Assembly: GCA_045593225.1 (NCBI GenBank)
Contig: JAZNWG010000428.1
Span: 1-40,237, forward strand
Direction of reading: 5' to 3'
Origin: Oscillospiraceae bacterium
Lineage (GTDB): Bacteria > Bacillota > Clostridia > Oscillospirales > Ruminococcaceae
Length of the DNA stretch: 40,237 bases
The position numbers and the translations under genes were made by a program. Below are positions 16,694 to 25,700 of this stretch, in pieces (the first letter of the stretch is position 1; every line of letters starts with the position of its first letter). Below the pieces are notes generated by a model that was not told the origin of the DNA, did not search any database, and saw only the letters and a list, made by a program, of their open reading frames with translations.

Positions 16694-17074
16694 ATGCGTT
16701 ATATATACAAGCGTTCAAAATACCATTTTCACAAAGATGACGCATTACACGTAATGCGTCCAACTTTAAATGATCCAAATGCGGATAGCGTCACCGATGT
16801 ATACGATAATCGTGATCTCGCTATTACAGCTGCGCTGAAAGATATCACTGCTCTGAGAAAAAAACTAAAAGCTGATAATATTACATATACATCTGAATTA
16901 TGGAACAATACACTTACAATTAGGTTATCTGATGGTACAACATATTGTTATCACGTTGAATCGGTAATCCATAACACAGCAATGACAATTGCGTTGATGG
17001 TGCTATTTTCGATGATTGTCGTTTTAGGTGTTTACTGTACAGCATTCGGACTGTTTTTGTTTTGTCACAGTTAA
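16694..17074 (+). CDS. hypothetical protein with C-terminal TM
   Basis: TGGAGA RBS before ATG 16694. Confidence 0.7.
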   Translation: MRYIYKRSKYHFHKDDALHVMRPTLNDPNADSVTDVYDNRDLAITAALKDITALRKKLKADNITYTSELWNNTLTIRLSDGTTYCYHVESVIHNTAMTIALMVLFSMIVVLGVYCTAFGLFLFCHS

Positions 17075-17170
17075 GATCAAATCATAACAATCAGAACTAC
17101 TTATAAAAACGAGAACAAAAAGATCCACGGCGGACGACCGCCGTCGGGTTTATTTTAAATGATTAAATAT

Positions 17171-17242
17171 TTCCTTGTAGCTCAGTGGTCAGAGCACATG
17201 CTAACGTGCATGCTGTCATCAGTTCAAATCTGATCAAGGAAG
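17171..17242 (+). pseudogene. tRNA-like, 6-nt anticodon loop, no CCA
   Basis: TTCCTTG/CAAGGAA, CATGC-TAACGT-GCATG. Confidence 0.6.
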
Positions 17243-17249
17243 TAAATAT

Positions 17250-17327
17250 GTTGCATGTAGCTCAATCAGGTAGAGCGTCGGACTGTGGATCCGATCGTTG
17301 TGGGTTCAAGTCCCATCATGCACCCCA
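17250..17327 (+). tRNA. tRNA-His(GUG)
   Basis: G-1, loop CTGTGGA, C73-CCA. Confidence 0.9.
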
Positions 17328-17328
17328 T

Positions 17329-17474
17329 GTTGAGACAGCTCTCTGGATAGAGCGGCTGACGTTCCGTCCGTAGAGGTTCGAGTCCTCTCTTGTGTCATGG
17401 ATGACAGCGGGTAGCGGGTGATAGGCGAAAGCGACGAACAGCAGGTATGGGTTCGACTCCCATTCTCAACACCA
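17329..17474 (+). ncRNA. double-elbow tRNA-like RNA with two T arms
   Basis: outer tRNA with CCA; anticodon stem leads into a permuted T-arm/acceptor-hairpin/D-like module. Confidence 0.75.
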
Positions 17475-17538
17475 ACAGGCGGTTCAACGTTCACTGAACC
17501 TTAATGTGCTTCTGATAAAATGGAAGAAGCCGCCTCAG

Positions 17539-17756
17539 ATATGATACGTGGAACAGGCAAGTCGGCTTAAAAGCAGCCATCTTTTAAAGAGTGAACACTG
17601 TCCGCGCAGCCACCGGAAAGTCGAAATTCCTATTTTCTGTCATGGTTTTAGCTTTGTTTTCGACGGTCTCGAACCGCAACATGAACAGAAAAGGCTGCAA
17701 GGATAACAAAGCCTTATCGTTCTTTGGCGTAACAGCACACCTGTTTTCGGTCATAT
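17539..17756 (+). ncRNA. 23S rRNA H43-H44 (uL11-binding) mimic with inserted domain
   Basis: GGCTTAAAAGCAGCCATCTTTTAAAGAGT...GCGTAACAGCACAC closed by AACAGG/CCTGTT. Confidence 0.8.
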
Positions 17757-17812
17757 TGAAAAAAAACACATCCCATAACCAATAACCAAAGATATTTCCC
17801 AAAGGAGGGGGA

Positions 17813-17851
17813 ATGCCGAATGATGCGATTTACAGTTTACTAGCCGCGTAA
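17813..17851 (+). CDS. micro-ORF MPNDAIYSLLAA (ssrA-tag-like)
   Basis: AAAGGAGG RBS; stop codon in GCCGC-GTAA-GCGGC hairpin loop. Confidence 0.5.
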   Translation: MPNDAIYSLLAA

Positions 17852-17946
17852 GCGGCGATATCACAACAAAAGATGATAATACGTGAATTTTTCTGAATAG
17901 ATAATCTACGCCGCAGTAGTACCAATTGCGACTGCGGCGTTTGTAT

Positions 17947-18023
17947 CGAAACATAGCTCAGTTTGGTAGAGCACGCGGTTTGGGACCGTGAGGCCGCAGG
18001 TTCGAATCCTGTTGTTTCGACCA
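17947..18023 (+). tRNA. tRNA-Pro(UGG)
   Basis: cloverleaf, loop TTTGGGA, CCA. Confidence 0.94.
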
Positions 18024-18155
18024 TTATATATGGATGACCATATGCGAAAGCATACGAGTCGTTATTTCAAGTTGCAATCAGATGGAGTATTGACCAAGTT
18101 TGAATCTTTGCGTAAAAGGCTCTTGGCGCTTTGTTCTTGACACCCATATGTTGAT

Positions 18156-18242
18156 GCCGGAGTGATGGAATTGGCAGACTTAGCTGACTCAAAATCAGTT
18201 GGTAGAAATACCGTGCGGGTTCAAGTCCCGCCCCCGGCACCA
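18156..18242 (+). tRNA. tRNA-Leu(CAA)
   Basis: type II cloverleaf, loop CTCAAAA, CCA. Confidence 0.93.
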
Positions 18243-18243
18243 T

Positions 18244-18548
18244 CGAAGCATCGCGTGATGCAAACAACGCACCTGAGTTATCGCAGAGTTACACATGTCG
18301 TAACGGATCGAAAGATTGAAGCGGATTAGAAGGTGTATCCATGCTGCAGCAAATCAAAACAATCTTCTTCCCTCAAGGTCATGATAAACGGACATGGCAC
18401 TTGCGAAGATTGTGCAGACAAGGCGCTTTGTCCGTCAGCCTACAAAACGTCTGCAAACTGAGATAAACACACGTGGAAACGCATGCGTCGTTGGTCAGTT
18501 GTCTCAGGAACTCACCTCAAACGGCAGCGGTTGACGAATCGCTGCTGA
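18244..18548 (+). ncRNA. candidate ornate ncRNA
   Basis: multiple helices and loop-loop pairing ACGGACA(18388)/TGTCCGT(18429). Confidence 0.6.
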
Positions 18549-18551
18549 CAT

Positions 18552-18628
18552 GGCGGAGTAGAGAAGTGGTCTATCTCACCAGCCTCATAAGCTGGAAATC
18601 GTAGGTTCGAATCCTGCCTTCGCAACCA
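18552..18628 (+). tRNA. tRNA-Met(CAU), initiator-like, second copy
   Basis: near-identical to 11506-11582. Confidence 0.88.
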
Positions 18629-18666
18629 AAATTTATCTTATCGAATCACAACAAAGGAGGAGCTAT

Positions 18667-19011
18667 ATGGATACACAAATAGCATGGCGACTTAAGATCG
18701 TCGTACTGTTAAGCCTTGCGCTATGCTTAGCTGTGCTGATTCTAATGCCTATCAATCAGTCAATGCAGAAAAGATTCGCAGAACGTGAAATGTCAGAAAC
18801 AATTACATCAGGCGAGATCTCACGCAAAGAGCTTGTCAACCCTACAACAGGCTTGTTTACATCGACAGATGCTGAATATCGCCTGTATATTGAATACACG
18901 TGGGAATACGACGACGAAGAAATTACTTCGGAAAAATATTTCAGTGTACCATTAGAAGTCTATAATGCTTATGACATCGGCGACACATTCGATTCCGCAA
19001 AGTTGCACTAA
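18667..19011 (+). CDS. membrane-anchored hypothetical protein
   Basis: AAAGGAGG RBS, N-terminal TM. Confidence 0.8.
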   Translation: MDTQIAWRLKIVVLLSLALCLAVLILMPINQSMQKRFAEREMSETITSGEISRKELVNPTTGLFTSTDAEYRLYIEYTWEYDDEEITSEKYFSVPLEVYNAYDIGDTFDSAKLH

Positions 19012-19198
19012 ACCGTAACTTTGAAAATATATACGAAAGAAGGTGATGTGCCATGAAGCGCTTTGGTATCGATGGTTAATATTGAATTTTTTTCGCGGGC
19101 CGGGTCAGATATCTGACCCACAGCGTTAGCTCATACGCTATATAAAAAAGGACGCCGGAGCCGACAGACCTAACGTTATAAATGTCTGTCTAACTTTT

Positions 19199-19271
19199 GT
19201 CTTGACTTTACGAAAGCTCTGCCTGTGATAAGACACAGCGCATGACGGTTCGAATCCGTCTCGAGGCATCA
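19199..19271 (+). pseudogene. degenerate tRNA-like RNA
   Basis: GTCTTGA/TCGAGGC acceptor, perfect GACGG-TTCGAAT-CCGTC T arm, reduced D arm. Confidence 0.55.
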
Positions 19272-19299
19272 AATATCAAATATGAAAAGAGATGACAAC

Positions 19300-19863
19300 A
19301 TGTCTAAAACAACTGTTTTGATCAAACAGAGTATTATCGCAAACGTTTTAAACACATCAAATCTCACACAGATGAACATCGATTGCCTTTATGATTTGTT
19401 ATTGAACACAGAGAATGTTACTAAACTTAAACCGTTTAATATGCTGCGACATATTGACGATCTAACCGAACAAACAGGTGTATTTAAGCTGTGGTTAAAC
19501 GTCAACGCTCGACTGGATGAACAACCCGATCAATATATTGCGGGAAAAAGAGTGACGCGAGCATTACAGTCGATCCATCGTGATTACACAAATGTTTTAC
19601 CTGAAAAACTGCGTAGCGTAAACACTCTGACAATGATGTTCAGATTATTTTTTATCCCGAACGACGTTATTGATAACGCAACTTGTGACGTTCAGTGCGC
19701 AGCCACAGCTGTCTCATCGTTACTCCGAGCAATGATATTGCTTGATCTGATATTCTCGAATGAAACAGATATCAATGGTACAACACCTGAATACTGGCTG
19801 AATCGTCTGCTCACAGAAGCTCAATACAATATAAACGGTATTGCCGCGAGAATAGGCTGTTAA
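19300..19863 (+). CDS. hypothetical protein
   Basis: long ORF; start 19282 or 19300. Confidence 0.7.
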   Translation: MSKTTVLIKQSIIANVLNTSNLTQMNIDCLYDLLLNTENVTKLKPFNMLRHIDDLTEQTGVFKLWLNVNARLDEQPDQYIAGKRVTRALQSIHRDYTNVLPEKLRSVNTLTMMFRLFFIPNDVIDNATCDVQCAATAVSSLLRAMILLDLIFSNETDINGTTPEYWLNRLLTEAQYNINGIAARIGC

Positions 19864-19909
19864 CACGATATTGACCGACAAATAATTCACATAGAAAGGA
19901 CACATCAAT

Positions 19910-19939
19910 ATGAGATACGGTGGAACAACTCTTTTCTAA
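19910..19939 (+). CDS. micro-ORF MRYGGTTLF
   Basis: GAAAGGA RBS; same pattern as 4659-4688. Confidence 0.45.
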   Translation: MRYGGTTLF

Positions 19940-19951
19940 AAACAACGATAT

Positions 19952-20335
19952 GGGGGCGTAAAGGTTTCGACAGGGACTTGAAGCTCTGATAAGCATGCAC
20001 AGGCTGGTGGGTTAACCTGTATAAAAGCCGACCATTGTTGAATAACATTCGACAACATCAGATACGCTGTAGCTGCTTAAGCTACTAGGCATCCATCAGG
20101 ATGCTGAAAACGGCCGTGGTAACGCTCTAGTCTGCTAGACCACCGCTTTCACCTTAAAGACTTGGCTCTACTCACAACCGAGGTTGCGTGAGATGAAGCT
20201 TTATAGACCTCTAAGCGACCTGTATGGAGGCGGAATCCACCAAGCAGGAGCCGACAACAGTAAAACTACCTAAGCATGTAGAAAGTCAGATTGAATGGTT
20301 TTTGGACACGGGTTCAATTCCCGTCGCCTCCACCA
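19952..20335 (+). ncRNA. ssrA: tmRNA
   Basis: GGGGGCGTAAAGGTTTCGAC 5' end, G3-U70, T arm + ACCA, tag frame ..DNIRYAVAA-stop. Confidence 0.96.
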
Positions 20336-20442
20336 ATATTAAATATTGAGATGGTTCTCGGACAGAGAGCCAATACCCTCTGTCCTTTACCATATTATCA
20401 TTATTGTAACAACGGAATAACAATGTGAAAGGAAGATGTATT

Positions 20443-21024
20443 ATGGCAAAAGAATTAACTTACGAAGAGGGTAACGTGTATTTCGATAACATCGACGCGG
20501 CAATCCGGAAAGCAGAAGGTATAACCGACGAACAGCGTACCCTTGCTGAAAGCGCCAATGATGCATTGCGTGACGGCAAACTGGCAGGTCTTGACGGCGA
20601 TGAACTGAAAGAACATGCGTTCAAAGAAATAAGCAAAAAAATGACGCTTGATGAGCTCGGTTACGAACCGCCGGCACGTCCAGCCGAAATGACTGACGCT
20701 GAATATGAAGCATATTGCGAACAGAGCGAAGCCGCTTTCTTGGAAAACGATGATGCAAGCGAGCTGTACGAAAAGCTGTATGAGTCAGCCATCTCCGACA
20801 AAAAGCTGAACGCTGAGTTTGACGATGCAATTAAAAATATGCCTGACATCGAGACTGCACCTGCCAAAACAAATACTGTAACTGCCGAAAGCACCGCTGT
20901 CAAAACTGAAACAAGTAACAGAAAGAGTGTCATACAGCGCCTTCAGGAAACAGCTCAGTCTGTCAAAAATTATGCTGAACAGCAGCAAGCACAGAATACA
21001 ACAGATATGACACAGTCGATCTGA
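20443..21024 (+). CDS. acidic hypothetical protein
   Basis: AAAGGAAG RBS before ATG 20443. Confidence 0.8.
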   Translation: MAKELTYEEGNVYFDNIDAAIRKAEGITDEQRTLAESANDALRDGKLAGLDGDELKEHAFKEISKKMTLDELGYEPPARPAEMTDAEYEAYCEQSEAAFLENDDASELYEKLYESAISDKKLNAEFDDAIKNMPDIETAPAKTNTVTAESTAVKTETSNRKSVIQRLQETAQSVKNYAEQQQAQNTTDMTQSI

Positions 21025-21064
21025 TCGTATGCGACACAGCAGGCTCTTCTGAGCCTGTCACATA

Positions 21065-21113
21065 CGGTGAACCCTGATGGCTAAACAAGGCTCGACACCT
21101 TGTCACCGGCTCA
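21065..21113 (+). ncRNA. second minihelix-like RNA (degenerate 3' end)
   Basis: CGGTGA/TCACCG plus CAAGG-CTCGACA-CCTTG. Confidence 0.45.
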
Positions 21114-21120
21114 TAATTAA

Positions 21121-21283
21121 GCAGATATATCGCGAGTTCGCATAGCTGTATATCTGTATCAATCGGTTTCGCGCATTATTTCCGATTGATACCTCTCAAA
21201 TGCTTGGAAGTAACACACAGGGTGTTACATGAAGCTGTCTTTGGCAGGCATCCACCATTAAGCCTGAGTGGTTAGCAGCTTCA
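21121..21283 (+). ncRNA. repeated structured RNA motif, copy 2 of 3
   Basis: see 4870-5028. Confidence 0.8.
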
Positions 21284-21289
21284 CAATAC

Positions 21290-21366
21290 CGGAATATGGC
21301 TCAGTTTGGTAGAGCGCTGCGTTCGGGTCGCAGAGGTCGCAGGTTCAAATCCTGTTATTCCGACCA
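21290..21366 (+). tRNA. tRNA-Pro(CGG)
   Basis: cloverleaf, loop TTCGGGT, CCA. Confidence 0.94.
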
Positions 21367-21501
21367 AAAGGATCGAAACGCGCATTCACGGCTTGCGGTT
21401 TCGTAAAAACGTATACGATAGGATGCAAATATCCGTGATAAATTGCATCAGACAAGGATAAAACAGTCGGACGAAACCTTAGAGACACCTTGTCACGATC
21501 T

Positions 21502-21569
21502 GCTGAAATAACATGGTTGGCCTCATGTGATATCGGATAATGTCAGTTCAATTCTGACTTTCAGCACCA
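21502..21569 (+). ncRNA. anticodon-less tRNA-like RNA (copy 2)
   Basis: GCTGAAA/TTTCAGC-ACCA, D arm, linker GATATCGGATAAT, GTCAG-TTCAATT-CTGAC. Confidence 0.72.
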
Positions 21570-21639
21570 ATGACAGACGATAGTCTGTCACCTTATGCAG
21601 TTCTGTGGTCTTTCTTGACTGCTGAATGTTCATTGTTCA

Positions 21640-21816
21640 TGCAGTATTTGCGAGTTTGCATAGCAAATATTTGCAATCAATCGAAATCCATATAACAGTT
21701 TCGATTGAACCTTTCAAAATATGCATGGAAGCAGCTATCAGGATGCTGCATCGAGAACGTTTTGGTGAGTCTAAATGACAGGTTCCTCCTCATTACTCAA
21801 GTGGTTGACGTTCTCA
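21640..21816 (+). ncRNA. repeated structured RNA motif, copy 3 of 3
   Basis: see 4870-5028. Confidence 0.78.
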
Positions 21817-21879
21817 CGCTTATCGGCAAATGTCCTCGGACTATGCCTGAGAAAGACGGATGCGTCTGTCTTTCTCTAT

Positions 21880-21956
21880 CGGAGTATAGCTCAGACGGTT
21901 AAAGCACTCGCTTCATACGCGAAAGATCGCTGGTTCAACTCCAGCTACTCCGACCA
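21880..21956 (+). tRNA. tRNA-Met(CAU), elongator-like
   Basis: cloverleaf, loop TTCATAC, CCA. Confidence 0.85.
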
Positions 21957-21986
21957 GCCGACTTGTCAACGTCGTTAAACTTGATG
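21957..21986 (+). ncRNA. small H-type pseudoknot directly after tRNA CCA (copy 2)
   Basis: 29/30 identical to 5538-5567. Confidence 0.6.
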
Positions 21987-22131
21987 GGCACATTCGCCCG
22001 AACTCATGACGACCAAACAAAATGTCGCTATCATGACGACATACGATATAAAAGCAGACTTACTCATCTGCCCACGGCAAAACACAGCTTTGCAGGAGTG
22101 CAAGAGCAACGTGTTAAGCTATGATATTCGT

Positions 22132-22202
22132 ATGACGGTAGCTCAGTCCGGTAGAGCAGGGACAGAACTCTCGCGTCGTCGGTTCAAATCCGACCCGTTG
22201 TT
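22132..22202 (+). pseudogene. tRNA-like with shrunken anticodon arm, no CCA
   Basis: canonical D and T arms; GGGA-CAGAAC-TCTC arm. Confidence 0.6.
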
Positions 22203-22217
22203 TTGTTTGGTATATAC

Positions 22218-22306
22218 GTTTGCTTAGCTCAAACGGCAGTTATTATCGCAGCTGGTAGAGCACGGATCACTCCGGGATACAAGTTCAACTCTTGTAGCAA
22301 ACACCA
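22218..22306 (+). ncRNA. tRNA-like RNA with D-loop insertion and 4-nt anticodon loop
   Basis: GTTTGCT/AGCAAAC-ACCA, CGGA-TCAC-TCCG. Confidence 0.65.
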
Positions 22307-22406
22307 ACAGGCGCACACACTACAATCCAAACAAGCATATTTTTACAAGCTTTTGACGTATATGTTTGAACCTCCTTATAAACAATACCGTGTGCGCCAT
22401 TCCCTT

Positions 22407-22498
22407 GGAAATGTACCCAAGTGGTTGAAGGGGGCGGTCTTGAAAACCGCTAGGCGGGTCACTCCCGTGCGTGGGTTCGAATCCCACCATTTCCGCCA
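22407..22498 (+). tRNA. tRNA-Ser(UGA)
   Basis: type II, loop CTTGAAA, G73-CCA. Confidence 0.95.
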
Positions 22499-22608
22499 AG
22501 CCGAACGGCTGACATAGTTTGGAGCAGGCTTTTTGACCCTGCATGTAGATACTCGGCTTTAGGAGTCGGCAATGTCTTATCCGAGTTAAACGGACGCCGA
22601 CAGTTTGG

Positions 22609-22701
22609 GGAAGCATACCCAAGTGGTTGAAGGGGTCGGTCTACTAAACCGAGAGGCGGGTCAACTCCCGTGCGTGGGTTCAAATCCCACTGCTTCCGCC
22701 A
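22609..22701 (+). tRNA. tRNA-Ser(ACU)
   Basis: Ser body paralogous to 22407; loop CT-ACT-AA. Confidence 0.88.
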
Positions 22702-22703
22702 TC

Positions 22704-22736
22704 AAAACATCGCGTAAGCGATGTTTTGCTTTTTTT
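22704..22736 (+). terminator. terminator ending the RNA array
   Basis: AAAACATCGC-GTAA-GCGATGTTTT plus T-run. Confidence 0.85.
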
Positions 22737-22782
22737 CCAGCGGAACATTTCCGCAATATACTATTATAAAAGGAGGGTTTCA

Positions 22783-25700
22783 ATGATTTCCTCAAAGAAA
22801 CGCGGCATTATCGGACTACTTTGTGCGTCGATCACGATCGGTGCAATAAGTTTTCCTGTTATTGCTGAAACAGGCACCAGTCCACCTGATTTCACAACAG
22901 GTGCCTACGACACATGGGACGGTATCTCATATACGTTCGATTGGTATACTGCACCCGAAACAGCCGAAGACGGCTCCGCCGTCTATACCATCAGTTCAGC
23001 CTCGGATTTTGCGGCACTATCCGTCATTACAAACGATTTGTCCGGAGATGAGTATTCAAACATCACCGCCAATATTGCAGCAGAGGATGCGCAGTACATT
23101 GAAACAGTAGATCTGTTTGACGGTGACACCATCAAGCTTGCTGCAAATATTGATCTGGCAAACTATGACTGGTTGCCCATCGCATATCCATGGCGCACAG
23201 CTAATCTGTCATCCGCTTACGAATTCGCCAATACAAACGGGGAAATTGTTACCTACAATGCTGTAGATCACATTCCCGATGACGTTGTTGATGTATGGGT
23301 TGGCGATGTAAACGGAGAGCCTATTTCTACACGATATTGGGAGTATCCTGAATCAGAGCTCCGTTTCCGCGACTATATCGATGCCAAAACATTCTCGTCC
23401 ACGCATGAATTGTCAGATTTCGAATGGGATGTAGTCGAAGGAACAAAATACTGGTATCCGGGTCCAAGCGGTTCCGCAACACTTCAATATTGGGGCATGC
23501 CTTTGATAGGAGCTGCGTTCTCAACAACAGAAAATGTTGAAGACGAGACAGGCTTTGGTTATGACCCAAGTACGCCCGCCGCAAGCATTGATCCGACATA
23601 CGGTCCGGATAAACTCAGCGCCAAAACGATCATACCTGTCGATTACACCAAAGAAATAGCAACGCCCTATTCATTCAAACCCATCGCGGGTTATACCGAG
23701 TTTGCAGGCTTCTCAGGAACATTTGATGGCGATAACTTTCACATTAAAGGCGTTTCTCCTGACACACCGTGGACGGAAGATGAGACAGAAAGACTGACCA
23801 CATATGACCCGATAGGTCGCGGTCTGTTTTCACTCGTATCCGAACAAGGTGCGATAAAGAACCTGAATGTGCAAGGTGAATATGATGATGAAATATGTTC
23901 GTATTCAGCTATACTCTGTGCATATAACTTTGGATCGATCGAAAACTGTAAAGTTGATGGCACAATGTCACAATCGTTAATAACGATGGTTTATCCGATT
24001 GCCAAAGATTATGCACCCGACGGTAACTCGGAGTATTTGTTATCAGACACAGCCGGCACAATACTTCCTGTGGGCAATTCAGGTTTTGTGACCTCACAGA
24101 ACTACGGCACAATTGAAAATTGTCAGACAACAGGTAATGTAACGCAAGCGTTCAGACAGTTTGGTTTTATTGCAAGTACCAATAACGGTGTTATCAATTC
24201 CTGCACAAATGCTGCTGAACTAAGCACAACACCTGTAACGACCGACTTCTTTACCTACGAATGGTCTCATTCAGATGAAAACAACTCAGCTGCCGACGAT
24301 AAGTACATATTCTCAATAAACACCGGCAACACGCCTGTTTACCCTGAGATCAGCGTTGGCGCAACAATGCTTCCTCCCGCATTAAGCCACATGAACAAAG
24401 CACTGTATGATGTACATGATGCTGCAAATTACGGTATCACCCATACCGCTCTTGTTGCTATGAGCTTATCAGCTGCAGTAAGAAGCAACAGTATATTGAA
24501 TACAAACGTATGGAGCGCAGGTGCAACGGCGTATGCAAGCTTGTATCCCGCTCTGAATGATGAGCTATGGATTGCACCGCTCTACAACGTCGAAGACGAA
24601 GAGAGCATCGCAGCCAACATTCTGTACGGTCGTTATATCATGACACTTGCTGCAGGTATTGCGGCTGTCAATAACGGTGAGATAAATAATTGTGCTAACT
24701 TCGGTGCGATATCTGCAATAGAAAACGTAACTGAAGAACAACTATACACTCGCAAAAACCATGAAGATGTAACGATAGATGATACCGACGCATATAGCTG
24801 GATACGTCCCCAGAACCAATACGGCTTATTCGCAACAGCGACAAGCTCAGCAAGACTTCATGCTGGTATATCTGCTGTGAACACAGGTGCGATAGCCAAT
24901 TGTTCTGATGCTGCTGATTTGTCATACGGCGAGACAGGCGTTATAACCACTAACGGCGTCGAGTACGACGTTGTAGACGACGCTGAAGGTATTGCATCCG
25001 AGTATAGCTCGCTTGGCAACGGCAATAACACCTCGTCTTTAAATATCATCGCTGCAACAGCAAATGGCTTCTACTGTAATGACGTGAAGTATGATAGCGA
25101 TTACTACGCTTTCGGAACACGTTGGTGGATATCTGAGGATATGAAGAATGCGGCATTGCCCGATGGTTATACATCCGCGTCTTATGACGCAAATATGCCA
25201 TATCCGTTCTATTTCGGCTACAACGAACTGCATTCTCGTATATCGGGCGGCATCTCCGTTCATAACTGTGGCACGATCACAGATTGCTCGGCAACAGGCC
25301 GTGCATATGCAGGACTAGCCGCTGTCTGCATCGGCGGTGAGATAACAAACTGCTCAGATGTGTCTGCGTCTGATACAGATATCGGATATGCGATCCGATA
25401 TGCAGAGAACGGAACATTTTCAGACCTGACCTGTGAGGATTATTGCTTTGGCACGATCACACAATCAGGTGATAGTATATGTATCGGCACTCATATCGTT
25501 GCTGACAGCATTGCAGGAACCGTAAACGGCGAAGATACAGACAAGCTTACGCTTGAAACAGTATATGCAAACAGTAAGATCGCTTATAACATACAAACAG
25601 CAACTGTAAATGACTTTGTCACCTGTGGAAGCATCGCTTCCTCGACTCGTGGATCATTAGGGGACTGGGAAGACAGAGCAGATCTGAATAACTGCAAAAT

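Noticed and set aside
17539-17756. True 23S rRNA gene fragment
   Set aside because: Similarity is limited to about 60 nt, is split by an insert and has no flanking rRNA sequence
22609-22701. Amber suppressor tRNA (CUA) and stop-codon recoding
   Set aside because: The 7-nt loop CTACTAA centres on ACT, and long ORFs are intact in code 11 with TAG used as a stop
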